Positions 18,299-28,411 of a stretch of 59,307 nt of DNA are shown one piece after another. The notes under the pieces were generated by a model. The model did no database searches. It was not told the origin of the DNA and saw only the letters and a program-made list of their open reading frames with translations. Position 1 is the first letter of the stretch. Each line of letters opens with the position of its first letter. The stretch comes from a virus (Duplodnaviria; Caudoviricetes): the IMG/VR virus record IMGVR_UViG_3300037722_000284, positions 1 to 59,307 of that record; one strand, given 5' to 3'. A program made the translations under genes and the position numbers.

Positions 18299-21200
18299 GT
18301 GGACAAAACGATCTCCGTACGCCTCATCGCGAAAGTCGGTGAATACAACGCGGGGCTGGCGTCCGCATCGGGGACCACCCGCAAATTCGGATCCGATGTC
18401 CAGCAGTCAGGCAAGCGCGCTGCGAACGCGGCGACCGGGTTAGCTGCAACCGCAGCGATGGCCGGGAAGGCGATCCTTCTCGGCATCGGTGGGGCGATGG
18501 CCGTGTCCGCGAAAGCCGCGGTCGAGTTCGAGTCCTCGCTGACCGGGGTTGCGAAAACGACCAACCTCGCGGGTGGCGCGTTTGATCGAGCGAACTCCCC
18601 GCTCGCGCAGTTCGGGGACCAGTTACGTCGCCTCGCCCTCACTGAAGTTCCGCTCAACGTCAACGAACTCGCCAAGATCGCGGAACTGGGCGGGCAGTTG
18701 GGTGTGGCGGTCCCCGACCTGATCGACTTCACCGAGGTCGTCGCGAAGCTCGGAGTCACAACCAACCTGGCGACCCAAGAGGGTGCGACCGGGTTGGCCC
18801 GTTTCATGAACATCATGCGGACGGACTTCGCGAACGTCGACCGGATCGGGTCCGCGATTGTCGCGCTGGGCAACAACTTCGCGACGACTGAGGCTGAGAT
18901 CCTCGGGTTTGCTGTTCGCCTCGCCCCGATCGGCGCGACAGTTGGGGCGACCGAATCTGAGATCCTCGCGCTCTCAACTGCACTCACGTCTCTTGGCATC
19001 CCCGCCGAACGTGGTGGCACCGCGTTGCAACGCGTGTTTATTAAGATGAAGTCGGCGGTCGACGGTGGCGGGGATTCCCTGGCCGCGTTCGCGCGGGCCA
19101 CCGGCATGACCGAGGAAGCCTTCTCGAAGCTGTTCCGCACGTCGCCTGCACGCGCGTTCGCGGCGCTCGCCAAAGGACTCGACGACATCAACGAGTCGGG
19201 CGGGAACGTCTTCGGCACGCTCGATCAACTCGAACTGTCCGAACAAAGAACTGTCGCGACCCTCCTGGCCGTCGCATCCGGCTACGAGGTTCTCGACGAG
19301 GCGATCGGCATGTCGGACGACGCGTACCGGGAGAACATCGCACTCAACGAAGAAGCGGCACTCAGGTTTGGAACCAACGCGAGCCAAGTGCAGTTCCTTG
19401 CCAACACGTTCAACGATCTGAAGATCGAAATTGGGAACATGCTGATCGGGCGTGGCGGACTGATTGCATTCATCGATGGGTTGCGGGCGTTCCTGGAGAT
19501 CGTGACCGAGAACATCGACGCGGTTGGCGGCTTCACGAAGGTTCTCGGCGGGATCGCGTTCCTGTCGGTCGGACTGGGGCTGCAAAAGGTCATCGGGAGC
19601 TTGGTTGCCAAGGCGGTTGCGTGGAAAACACTCGGGACGGCGATCAAGACCGGGACCGCGACATTCGGGACCGCACAAAGGGCGCTGGCTGGGTTGGCTA
19701 TCACGATGAATGTCGCATTGGCCGCAGCAGCACTGGTCGCCGCAGCGTGGGCATGGCAGGCAGTCAAGGCAGCGGAACTGCGTGCCCAGGTTCGGCAGTT
19801 GAATGACGAGATCGAAGGCGGGAAGGATCCGGTCGATGCGCTCATTTCGTCCCTCCGCGAATCCGGCGACATAACGTCAGACTTTGAAGACGTGTTAGCA
19901 CGTCAGGGGATCTCGGTTCGAGAGTGGGCAACAGCCATGCTCGAAGGGAAGGGTGCAGTTGACGATCTGTTTGGGACGCGTCCGCAAGACGTTGGGTTGG
20001 CAGCGCTTCTTGATTTCAGTTTCCTCGCCCAAGACATAACGACAGATGTGAATTCCGTAGTAACGGCATCGCAAGCGGCCAATGAGGTCGTTGGTGAACT
20101 CTTCAGTAAGAAGAAGAACGAGATCCGTCAGCAGATCATGGACCTAGATTCCGCCGCCAATATGACCTACGAGGAAGTTGACCACCTGGCCCAAAAGATG
20201 CTCGACTTCTTCGGACTCAACGTATCCGCCTCCGAAGTCGGCAAGTGGCTCGCCGGGGATCAGCAACTCCGCGCGGACTTCGGATGGGGCGAAGGGTTCC
20301 TCGAAGAGACGCGCGAAGTCGAAAAGTCCTTCATGGAGATCATCAAGAACCTGGACGACGGGGGCACCGACATTCTCGTCGGGATCTTCGAGGATGCACA
20401 GGTAGCCGTCCAGAACTACCGGGAGTTCATGTCCGAGGCGTTTGGCGAGATCGCGGACTCGATCAGGGGCTCGTTCCCCGCATGGGATGAGTATGAGCGG
20501 ACGACAAGTTTGGGCCTCAATGCCGCAATGGCGTCCCAGCGGTTGTATCTCCTGGACCTCCAAGACTGGGTCGACAACCGACAGTCGATGTTGGCGATCG
20601 CTTCGCCCGAAACGAGAGAATTTATCGAAGCCATGTCCCTTCCCGATCGGGCAGCGATGGCTCGTGGCTGGGCCGCGGGGGACACGATCATCCGATCTTT
20701 CATCCTCAACACGAACGAGAGTTTCGATCGGATGAACGAACACATCGGGACCGTAATGATGCAGGAAGCGCCCGCGCTCGCCCGCGAGGGCATGAACCTG
20801 ATGTTGGCCGAAATCACCGGTACGGTCGTCGGGTCCGATATCCCCGGTGTGACCGGATATCAGCTTTACGAGGCCGTGTTGGAAGGGATCAAGTTCGCAG
20901 CCAACGAACTCGATGTCCCTGTCGACGAGTTCTTCGCTGGGATGAACTTTGAGGACAAGGTGGCGTTCTTCCGTGAGTTGGGTATCGATCTGGCGACCGC
21001 GCTCGGGCTCGGGTTGATTGAGGGACTGAACTCCCAAGGGAACGCGGTCGGCTCATCCGTCGACGCGCTCAACGAACGGCTGAAGAAGGAGTTCAAGGAC
21101 GGGGTGGAGGTCAAGTCCCCCTCCAAGTTCACGTACTACATCGGCGAGATGCTGGGCGAGGGATTGCGGCTCGGATGGGCAGACGGGGTCAGGGACTTCG

Positions 21201-21394
21201 ACATGACCCAACCGGTTCGACAGGCGATCCAGCCGAACGCGGCCTTCTCCCCGTCGATCACGCTCGAAGGCTCAGGCTCGTCTCGTTCGTTCACTCAGAA
21301 CAACCACATCTACAACCCGAAGACACGGAACCTCGACCGGGATCTCCGCAAGACTGCGGCCCTCGCGGGCGCCCATGCAGAGTTCGGAGGCTGA
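18299..21394 (+). CDS. Tape measure protein (TP901 family)
   Basis: 1031 aa, Ala-rich helical; FESSLTGVAKT, ELAKIAELGGQLG, LGNNFATTEAEI, VKSPSK. Confidence 0.95.
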   Translation: MDKTISVRLIAKVGEYNAGLASASGTTRKFGSDVQQSGKRAANAATGLAATAAMAGKAILLGIGGAMAVSAKAAVEFESSLTGVAKTTNLAGGAFDRANSPLAQFGDQLRRLALTEVPLNVNELAKIAELGGQLGVAVPDLIDFTEVVAKLGVTTNLATQEGATGLARFMNIMRTDFANVDRIGSAIVALGNNFATTEAEILGFAVRLAPIGATVGATESEILALSTALTSLGIPAERGGTALQRVFIKMKSAVDGGGDSLAAFARATGMTEEAFSKLFRTSPARAFAALAKGLDDINESGGNVFGTLDQLELSEQRTVATLLAVASGYEVLDEAIGMSDDAYRENIALNEEAALRFGTNASQVQFLANTFNDLKIEIGNMLIGRGGLIAFIDGLRAFLEIVTENIDAVGGFTKVLGGIAFLSVGLGLQKVIGSLVAKAVAWKTLGTAIKTGTATFGTAQRALAGLAITMNVALAAAALVAAAWAWQAVKAAELRAQVRQLNDEIEGGKDPVDALISSLRESGDITSDFEDVLARQGISVREWATAMLEGKGAVDDLFGTRPQDVGLAALLDFSFLAQDITTDVNSVVTASQAANEVVGELFSKKKNEIRQQIMDLDSAANMTYEEVDHLAQKMLDFFGLNVSASEVGKWLAGDQQLRADFGWGEGFLEETREVEKSFMEIIKNLDDGGTDILVGIFEDAQVAVQNYREFMSEAFGEIADSIRGSFPAWDEYERTTSLGLNAAMASQRLYLLDLQDWVDNRQSMLAIASPETREFIEAMSLPDRAAMARGWAAGDTIIRSFILNTNESFDRMNEHIGTVMMQEAPALAREGMNLMLAEITGTVVGSDIPGVTGYQLYEAVLEGIKFAANELDVPVDEFFAGMNFEDKVAFFRELGIDLATALGLGLIEGLNSQGNAVGSSVDALNERLKKEFKDGVEVKSPSKFTYYIGEMLGEGLRLGWADGVRDFDMTQPVRQAIQPNAAFSPSITLEGSGSSRSFTQNNHIYNPKTRNLDRDLRKTAALAGAHAEFGG

Positions 21395-21397
21395 CCC

Positions 21398-22183
21398 ATG
21401 GCGCACGATTTCAACTATCAGGTTGGGCCACTGGGCGCCTCCTTGACCGCGCTCTCCCTCTACGCCGAACGTGTCCGTTTGATCGAAGAGGGCACAGTCG
21501 GCAAGGTCGGCTCGAATGTGGTGATCCCTGGCCGCGGCGGCGCACGAGCCACTCCGTACAAACAGTACGACGAGGGTTCGATCACGCTCGAAGTCGTCCT
21601 CCGCTACACCGACGAGGACGGGATGATCGTCCACGCGGACGGGGCGGCAGGCCATGTGTATGAGAACAAGGAAGCGGTCGACGCCCTGTTCGACGGGGGG
21701 ATGGGCCTGATCGTCGTACGCCGGGCGGTACCTCACTGGGGAACGGTAGACGCGATCGGGGAGGTCACTTCCCCTGTCCGCCCATCCGGTCCGCAGTGGT
21801 TCATGCACTACGAGATGGATCTGCCTATCCCCGTGTGGAAGTCGACGACCGTGAACTCAGAATCTTCGTCCCCGTTGGTTGTCGGTGGGTCCGCACGAGT
21901 CCAGGACGCGTCGGTGGACTTCTCAGCGGGTGCGTCGAGCCCGATCTTCACCCACACCCCGTCTGGTGCGACAGTCAGCTACATCGGGACAGTCCCGGCA
22001 GGCGGCGCTCGTGTCTTCCCTTACAACGGCACGGCGATCGCCCTTTCGGGCGGGGCAGACCTGTCCGCGTTCGTGAGGTTCAACCGCGACTACGGCCTGA
22101 TCCTGGTCCCCGGCTCGAACGCATTCACGATTTCGTCCGGTACCGCGACCGTCAACTGGGCGAACCAGTGGAAAGCCGGGTGA
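21398..22183 (+). CDS. Distal tail protein (Dit-like)
   Basis: Immediately after TMP; NVVIPGRGG, LVPGSNAFTI. Confidence 0.75.
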   Translation: MAHDFNYQVGPLGASLTALSLYAERVRLIEEGTVGKVGSNVVIPGRGGARATPYKQYDEGSITLEVVLRYTDEDGMIVHADGAAGHVYENKEAVDALFDGGMGLIVVRRAVPHWGTVDAIGEVTSPVRPSGPQWFMHYEMDLPIPVWKSTTVNSESSSPLVVGGSARVQDASVDFSAGASSPIFTHTPSGATVSYIGTVPAGGARVFPYNGTAIALSGGADLSAFVRFNRDYGLILVPGSNAFTISSGTATVNWANQWKAG

Positions 22184-22191
22184 GCTAACCG

Positions 22192-25100
22192 GTGCCCCAA
22201 CGCGAAACCACACTTGAAGCCTGGACTTTGCCGAACCTCGCGGCCCCGTTCGCCCAGAAGTTCGCACTCACCCCGTACGTCAACTCGCGGACCTTCTCGA
22301 TCGACTATTCCGCGGGTGGGGACGGGTCGATGGAACTCAGCCGCGACTTCCCATACTTCGACTCCTTCGTCCATGTCGACTCGCTCGACCACACGAACGA
22401 TGTCGGGTCGCTGGTCCGCGTATGCAAAGACGGCACCCCGGTAGCTCACTACCTGGCGCGCCGGTTCGAGGACGACATCGACCCAACCGCGGTCCTCCGT
22501 CCGGTCACACTCCAGTCGCTCAACTTCTTCCTCGACCGAGCCCACGTCGCCCCGTACGACCACATTCCGGGCGATGATGCGAACTCGCCCAACCCGACCC
22601 TGGATCCTGACTGGGAGTACGGCGCCGAATCCGCCCTCCCGGTGCTCGGGAACGAGATCTCGAATGAACTGCACGAGGTCTGGCGTGGGTCCGATGTCAC
22701 GATGGGGACGTTCCGGCTGTCAGACGGAGTGGACGACACCGACGACATCGACTGGGACGCATCGAACTCGGAGATCCGCACGAGACTCGAAACGGACATC
22801 GCCTCGATCGTCGACGTGTCGGTCCGCGGTGACGGCTCACTCAAAACCCCGTGGGAGATCGAATACGTCAACCCGGCGGGGAATGTCCCGTTCCTGATCT
22901 CCGTCTCCACCAACGCGACAGACGGGAACTTCTCGACCTCGATCACGCGTAACGGCGGCACGCTCGACCCGTCCCCCTGGCACAAGTCGTACAACCCGGT
23001 GACGAAGACCGAGCACGGGAACTACCAGGGCTTCGAGATCATGCACCGTGACGACGTACCCGCAGGATTACAGGCCGCGTCCGCGGACGAGTATTTCCTC
23101 CGGGTCAACCTCGACTCGGTAAACAACTCGACCGACTACGGCGGGGCTCAGATCCTCCCGAACGTCGAGCCAGGGTCGCGGTACCGGTCCTCAGTTCCCG
23201 TCTGGGCGGCGTTCGAGTTCGGTGCGCGACACGTCCTGCGCCAGATGAACGAGGTCCACATCGCGGACGGGGGCGATGTCACGGTGGCGGCGAGCACGCT
23301 GACCGAACTGACCATCCCGACGTTCACTACTGGGACATCGACAACCGAGATCATCTACCGGGTCGGGATCTTGGAGACGACCGACATCGGGGACATCTAC
23401 ATCGCCATCATGTCCGCGGTGCTGGCCCCTGGTGAGCCCGCTGCCAACTACGGCAAGATCATGAACGATCAGCTTGTTCCGATCAACGCCCGCGGGATGC
23501 TCACTTGGGTCACGCCGACCTGGACTGACGACCTGGACTCAGCCGGGGTTGCTTGGGATCAGCCGCTCCAATGGACCGTCAGCCACCGGCAGTCACTTCT
23601 TCAGCTAGTCGAATTCGCCCGTCAGTGGGGATATGAGTCGAGTGGGATCTACTGGTCGGTCGCGAACGCGCGCTTCCAATGGGATCTGTTCAACCCTGGG
23701 GGGGGCGGGTCAGTCCTCACCGAACCCGTCATCACGGTCGGGGACATCGACGGCACGAGCCCAGTAACCCACGTTTCCCCCGCCCTCTCATCCGCTTGGG
23801 CGTTCGGACGCAACGGCATCTGGGGACGGTACGAGGATCCTGATTTGATCGCCGCGTTCGGGATCTTGGAGTCGATGGACTTGGACCGACAGGGGCGCGA
23901 GAACCTTGTCACGCACGCGATGGAAGCGGTTGAGGCAGCGAAGATGTCCGCGACGGGGCAGCGGTTGAGGCTCAGGACCGACCGTTTCACCGCGTTCGTC
24001 GATGTCAACCCTGGCGACTTCATCGAAGTGAACCTCGGCCCGCGGTTCATCAACGGGGTCTATCGGGTCGCCGGTATCACCGATGTCGTCGACGAAGAGG
24101 GCGACGAATATCAGGAGTTCCATGTCGGAACGTTGGTGAAGGACGCGAGTACCGCGGTGACGGATACGGTCAGAGAGTTGTACCGCAAGTTCGAGCTAAT
24201 CGACCAGGGGGACGGGTCGAGCGGGGCAATCAACCCGGCGCAGACGACGATCCCTGATCCAGTCCAAGGTCAACCCATCCTCATCGCCGCAGCCAACTCG
24301 CCGCAGGCATGGAAAGATGCCGCGTATGCGGTGGGGACAGGGACGGCGATTGCGGGTGGCGATGAAGTGACGATCAACACCGCTCGTGCCGACCATGACG
24401 CCCTCGGGATCGGCGCGCACATTCGACTTGCTCCCGGCACCTATTACGTGAGTCCCGAAACCAGCAGCATCGTTCTCACCAATTACTCTACCCTGGCTGG
24501 ATTCGGCCACGACACCATCATCCAAATGGTCAACCCGACCGATAACGCGATCGACGAGTTTGCGATCACTATGGGGTCACACTGCGCTGTTCGGGATCTC
24601 ACCATCAACGGAGCATGGCCCGCCAATTCCACCGAGTATGGAATCGACATTGGCGACTACTCGGTGATCGAGAATGTTCTGGGCGAGACCGGCAATGGCT
24701 GGCTCATTACCGGCATTGGCGACAATCCTCTGGTGCGTGGAGTCCGGTCCGAATGGGAGGGTGGGCTCGTCAATTACACCAACGCGTTCGGCGCTCGGAT
24801 TATCGGCTGCTACGCCAACTCGTTCGGGATTGATGGCACCGGAATCGTCACGGTGGTCCAAGGGAGCGATCTTGTTATCTCTGAGTGTGACCTATGGACA
24901 TACGGTTCCGGTTCCGATGTCATCCAACTTGGAGGAACCGGCCAAATCGACAAGGTTCGTATCGTCGGAAACCGACTCTTGCAGTACGGGTCTGGTGCCG
25001 CCACCACTTCCGTCGTCCGAGTCCTCGGGGCTATCGACTTCTTCGACAGCATCTTTGCCGACAACAGCATCACATCTTTTGATGGACTTGGTATCAGTAT

Positions 25101-25656
25101 TGACGGAGCCGGTTCAGCCCTTCTCGCTTACGACAACATCATCAGCGACAATGTTATCTCTGCCCCGGTCTGGGGGGTCAAGATCGCTGCCGATGTCGAT
25201 GTCCTTTCCATCGTTGGCAACTCCTTTTCCGGTGGTAGCGACGGGGGTCTCATCTGGTTTGATTGCGACATTGCATCAACCGACGCCCGTACCGTGCGAA
25301 TTGTCGGAAACTCTTTCGATGACTTCAGCGCCGATGGATTGGTTTTTGAGGGAACGATCGGTGATGTTCTTATTGCTGCCAACATCTTCGCGGATGGGGG
25401 GAGCAGTACGAATGATTACGTCCGCATCGCCGGGGACCATGATCATTTCTTCATCACGGCCAACCGGCTTTCCCCCCGAGTCGGAGGGTCGGTCCCGAGA
25501 TATGGGATCAACCCGACAGACGCCACCAACGCCCCCCAAGTGGTCGCTGTTGGCAACGACCTCCGGGGCACTTGGACTACCGCTCCTATCAACGTCACCA
25601 ACTCCCCCATCGTGGACTACCCAGCCGACGCGACTTTCGGAGACAACTTCACCTAG
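22192..25656 (+). CDS. Tail tip/baseplate hub protein fused to a C-terminal right-handed beta-helix (receptor-binding/depolymerase)
   Basis: After Dit; IRLAPGTYY, LAGFGHDTII and repeated I-x-G/D-N ladder (IVGNRL, ISDNVI, IVGNSF, IAANIF, ITANRL). Confidence 0.8.
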   Translation: MPQRETTLEAWTLPNLAAPFAQKFALTPYVNSRTFSIDYSAGGDGSMELSRDFPYFDSFVHVDSLDHTNDVGSLVRVCKDGTPVAHYLARRFEDDIDPTAVLRPVTLQSLNFFLDRAHVAPYDHIPGDDANSPNPTLDPDWEYGAESALPVLGNEISNELHEVWRGSDVTMGTFRLSDGVDDTDDIDWDASNSEIRTRLETDIASIVDVSVRGDGSLKTPWEIEYVNPAGNVPFLISVSTNATDGNFSTSITRNGGTLDPSPWHKSYNPVTKTEHGNYQGFEIMHRDDVPAGLQAASADEYFLRVNLDSVNNSTDYGGAQILPNVEPGSRYRSSVPVWAAFEFGARHVLRQMNEVHIADGGDVTVAASTLTELTIPTFTTGTSTTEIIYRVGILETTDIGDIYIAIMSAVLAPGEPAANYGKIMNDQLVPINARGMLTWVTPTWTDDLDSAGVAWDQPLQWTVSHRQSLLQLVEFARQWGYESSGIYWSVANARFQWDLFNPGGGGSVLTEPVITVGDIDGTSPVTHVSPALSSAWAFGRNGIWGRYEDPDLIAAFGILESMDLDRQGRENLVTHAMEAVEAAKMSATGQRLRLRTDRFTAFVDVNPGDFIEVNLGPRFINGVYRVAGITDVVDEEGDEYQEFHVGTLVKDASTAVTDTVRELYRKFELIDQGDGSSGAINPAQTTIPDPVQGQPILIAAANSPQAWKDAAYAVGTGTAIAGGDEVTINTARADHDALGIGAHIRLAPGTYYVSPETSSIVLTNYSTLAGFGHDTIIQMVNPTDNAIDEFAITMGSHCAVRDLTINGAWPANSTEYGIDIGDYSVIENVLGETGNGWLITGIGDNPLVRGVRSEWEGGLVNYTNAFGARIIGCYANSFGIDGTGIVTVVQGSDLVISECDLWTYGSGSDVIQLGGTGQIDKVRIVGNRLLQYGSGAATTSVVRVLGAIDFFDSIFADNSITSFDGLGISIDGAGSALLAYDNIISDNVISAPVWGVKIAADVDVLSIVGNSFSGGSDGGLIWFDCDIASTDARTVRIVGNSFDDFSADGLVFEGTIGDVLIAANIFADGGSSTNDYVRIAGDHDHFFITANRLSPRVGGSVPRYGINPTDATNAPQVVAVGNDLRGTWTTAPINVTNSPIVDYPADATFGDNFT

Positions 25657-25715
25657 AGTGAGGTTTCTCCCGACCTTTCCGCCTATCATCGCTCGAAGTC
25701 TGAAGGTAGGGAACC

Positions 25716-26267
25716 ATGACTGAAGCTGTAACGCCGCCCAACTCAGCCGGTAGTGCCCCCCCCTCTAACCGTGCGGTGGTTAATACCCCGGACCCGACGC
25801 TGCTGACGATCGACTCGATCCGGCGCGAGATCGCCACCCTGGAAAATCTGTTTGACGTTCGACTGAAGGACGCTGAGAAGCTGCGGAATGAGAAGTTCTC
25901 TTCCATCGACAAGTTGATGGACCGGGCCGAGGAACTCCGCAAGGAGCAGAAGGCGGATACGAAATCCGCGGTTGATGCCGCACTCCACGCCCAGGTTGAG
26001 GCCACGGCCAAGATGGAGCGATCGATCTCTGAGCAGATAGCGTCGCTCCGGTCGAACTTCGAGACTGAGATCCGGGGGATCAGGACCGTTGAGGATGACC
26101 TGAAAGGCCGGATGACGGCGGTCGAGTCGGTCAAACAGGGCCAGTCCGAACAGAGGTCTGAGTCGCGTCAGATGTCCTCTGGGGTGATCGCCACAGTCGT
26201 CGGCGCCTTTACGATCCTGGTCGCTATCCTGTCCATCTACGCCTTCGTGGCAGGATCGGGAACATGA
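25716..26267 (+). CDS. Coiled-coil protein with C-terminal TM helix (lysis cassette)
   Basis: Heptad charged region then VIATVVGAFTILVAILSIYAFV. Confidence 0.7.
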   Translation: MTEAVTPPNSAGSAPPSNRAVVNTPDPTLLTIDSIRREIATLENLFDVRLKDAEKLRNEKFSSIDKLMDRAEELRKEQKADTKSAVDAALHAQVEATAKMERSISEQIASLRSNFETEIRGIRTVEDDLKGRMTAVESVKQGQSEQRSESRQMSSGVIATVVGAFTILVAILSIYAFVAGSGT

Positions 26268-26359
26268 CCGACGCCATCATTTACATCGGTTTGCTGGTCG
26301 GAGTCGCCGCTGCCCTATGGTGGGGGTTCGGTCGTCGCCCACCACCGGATTTGCCATGA
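26264..26359 (+). CDS. 31-aa single-TM peptide (not in ORF track)
   Basis: MTDAIIYIGLLVGVAAALWWGFGRRPPPDLP; ATGA overlaps at both ends. Confidence 0.65.
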   Translation: MTDAIIYIGLLVGVAAALWWGFGRRPPPDLP

Positions 26360-26793
26360 CAATCATTCACCGCCGGTTTGCCGGTATGTTGGAGTTCGAC
26401 AGGAACGGCCCACCGCTGGAAGGCACCCCCGAGCAGCAAGCAGCGATCCGGGCGTCTGTTGAGCGGTATGCCCCGCACGACTCTCCGCTTCGTCGGGGGC
26501 TTCATGTTCTCGACCAGGCCGTCAACCGGGAAGGCAAGAACTTCATCCCCGTCTCGTTCGTTGATCTGGCATCCGAGAACAAACTAGGGTTCTGCTTCCC
26601 GACCGTTATGCTCCTTCACGAAGGACTGCACCCCGAATGGATCGAACGGACATTCTGGCATGAGGTCGGACACCTGATCGGATGGAAGACGCCCGCCTGG
26701 TCGCACCGGTCCGAGGATGCCGCCAACTATTTTCAGGAGTGGGCGATGGGCGGTCAACCGGATGGAGATGTGGCCGACCGACTACTCGCATAG
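26356..26793 (+). CDS. HExxH zinc metallopeptidase-like protein
   Basis: RTFWHEVGHL followed by SEDAANYF. Confidence 0.7.
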   Translation: MTIIHRRFAGMLEFDRNGPPLEGTPEQQAAIRASVERYAPHDSPLRRGLHVLDQAVNREGKNFIPVSFVDLASENKLGFCFPTVMLLHEGLHPEWIERTFWHEVGHLIGWKTPAWSHRSEDAANYFQEWAMGGQPDGDVADRLLA

Positions 26794-26807
26794 GTAGCAT
26801 CTAGTCC

Positions 26808-27650
26808 ATGACAACACCGATCGCAGTCAAAGGCCAACGTCTCGAACATGCGACCTGGAAAGGCGATGGGCGAGACTACGGCCCGTATCGGTCGGGTCCG
26901 TATCGGTTGGTCCTTCACTCGACGGAGACGCGGACCCTCCCTGGATACAACGACGGGAACTCGGCGCCGCACGTGACGTTCAACCCGCTCGATCTCGCCT
27001 TCACTCAACATCTCGGGTTCGACCGTTCTGCAGGGGCGATGAGGAACGCGGCCGGTGGGGTTGAGACGAACGCGGACGGCGCAATCCAGATCGAAGTCAT
27101 CTGTTATTCGGATCATCGGATCGCGGACGAAGTGAAGGGCTTGCGGTCCGACCAACTGTCCGACCGCGCTTACACCGCCCTCGCTGCCGCGGTCGCCGGG
27201 ATCGGACGGGCGTACTCGATTCCGATGACCCCCTACCCGCAGAAGATCACGGACGGGCGCTGCTACGGAACCAACTCGCCATGCAGAATGACGAACGGGG
27301 AATGGGACCAGCGCGTCCTTCTCGACGGAACACCTTGGGGCGTGTGCGGGCATCGCAACGTTCCCGAGAACACTCACTGGGATCCGGGCTCGATCGACAT
27401 TGTGCGGATCTGCAACGAGGCATACCAGATGTTGACGGCCCCTGTCCCCTCGACGCCGGAACTCCCGACCTCGCGTTTCTCCGATGTCCCGATCAACCAT
27501 TGGGCTCACGAAGACGTTGAGTTCTTGGCCGACATCGGGATCGTCAAGGGCCAGGGTCCGGGAATCTTCGACCCTGAGTCATCCCCGACGCGTGCCGAGA
27601 TGGCCGCTCTCATCGCCCGCGCAATCCGCTACACGAAAGGCACGCCATGA
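26808..27650 (+). CDS. Endolysin: amidase-2 domain plus C-terminal SLH domain
   Basis: LVLHSTE, APH, IQIE, GHRNVPENTHWDPG; FSDVPINHWA...GIVKG...FDPESSPTRAEMA. Confidence 0.9.
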   Translation: MTTPIAVKGQRLEHATWKGDGRDYGPYRSGPYRLVLHSTETRTLPGYNDGNSAPHVTFNPLDLAFTQHLGFDRSAGAMRNAAGGVETNADGAIQIEVICYSDHRIADEVKGLRSDQLSDRAYTALAAAVAGIGRAYSIPMTPYPQKITDGRCYGTNSPCRMTNGEWDQRVLLDGTPWGVCGHRNVPENTHWDPGSIDIVRICNEAYQMLTAPVPSTPELPTSRFSDVPINHWAHEDVEFLADIGIVKGQGPGIFDPESSPTRAEMAALIARAIRYTKGTP

Positions 27651-28057
27651 TCCGACTGGTACGAATCCTCATGACCCTGCTCATTGGGCGCCTACTCGCC
27701 TGGGGGCCGATCGCGGCAGCCTGGGACGAATGGGGTCCGAAGATCGGACTGACCCGTGACACGCTCTACGACTGGGCCACCGTGTTCGGCATCGGGTTGG
27801 TCGTCACCGGAACCGAGATGCTGAAACGGTCGGACAAGACCGCCAAGTTCCTGAACTTCTTCAACAGGATCCTGTCGGCGGGACTGTCGAACTCGGATCC
27901 GAGCTACGCGACCGGCCCGCAGACGATGGTGCGTGTCGACGTGATCGAGAACCCCGAGGGTGAGCACGAGGTCGTCGAGGCCGCTATCCACAACCTCGAA
28001 GTCAACCCGAACGAGCCACACCCGTTGGACAATCCCCCAGTCGACCCGGCAAACTAG
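27647..28057 (+). CDS. Putative holin / membrane protein
   Basis: Two hydrophobic segments; ATGA-coupled to endolysin. Confidence 0.55.
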   Translation: MIRLVRILMTLLIGRLLAWGPIAAAWDEWGPKIGLTRDTLYDWATVFGIGLVVTGTEMLKRSDKTAKFLNFFNRILSAGLSNSDPSYATGPQTMVRVDVIENPEGEHEVVEAAIHNLEVNPNEPHPLDNPPVDPAN

Positions 28058-28132
28058 CGGGCAGAAATTCTCCCGTCGCGAAGTATGGGCTATCCCCCCA
28101 ACGGGTAATATCGGGGTTGACTCCTGAAAGGA

Positions 28133-28357
28133 GTGACCGAAATGCTACGACGCATTGTTCTCGCTGTTGTCGTCGGGGTGGTCACGTTCCTAGCGTGCAT
28201 CCTTCTCGGACTGCTACTGACCGCCCTCGAAGTCTCCTTCGCCGTGGCAATTGGCGCCTTCCTCACCCAATGGGCGGGAGTGATCGGATTGCTCGCAGCC
28301 ATCTGGCACTTCTTCGGTGGCAGCACTTGGCTAGGGAGTCTCGGCAAGGCGGCTTGA
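28133..28357 (+). CDS. Two-TM membrane protein (holin-like)
   Basis: Almost entirely hydrophobic; AAGGAG RBS. Confidence 0.65.
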   Translation: MTEMLRRIVLAVVVGVVTFLACILLGLLLTALEVSFAVAIGAFLTQWAGVIGLLAAIWHFFGGSTWLGSLGKAA

Positions 28358-28411
28358 ATCTGATCGCGTGCCAAGGGGCCGGTTGGTCGTGTGTTAGCGG
28401 CTGACCGGCCC

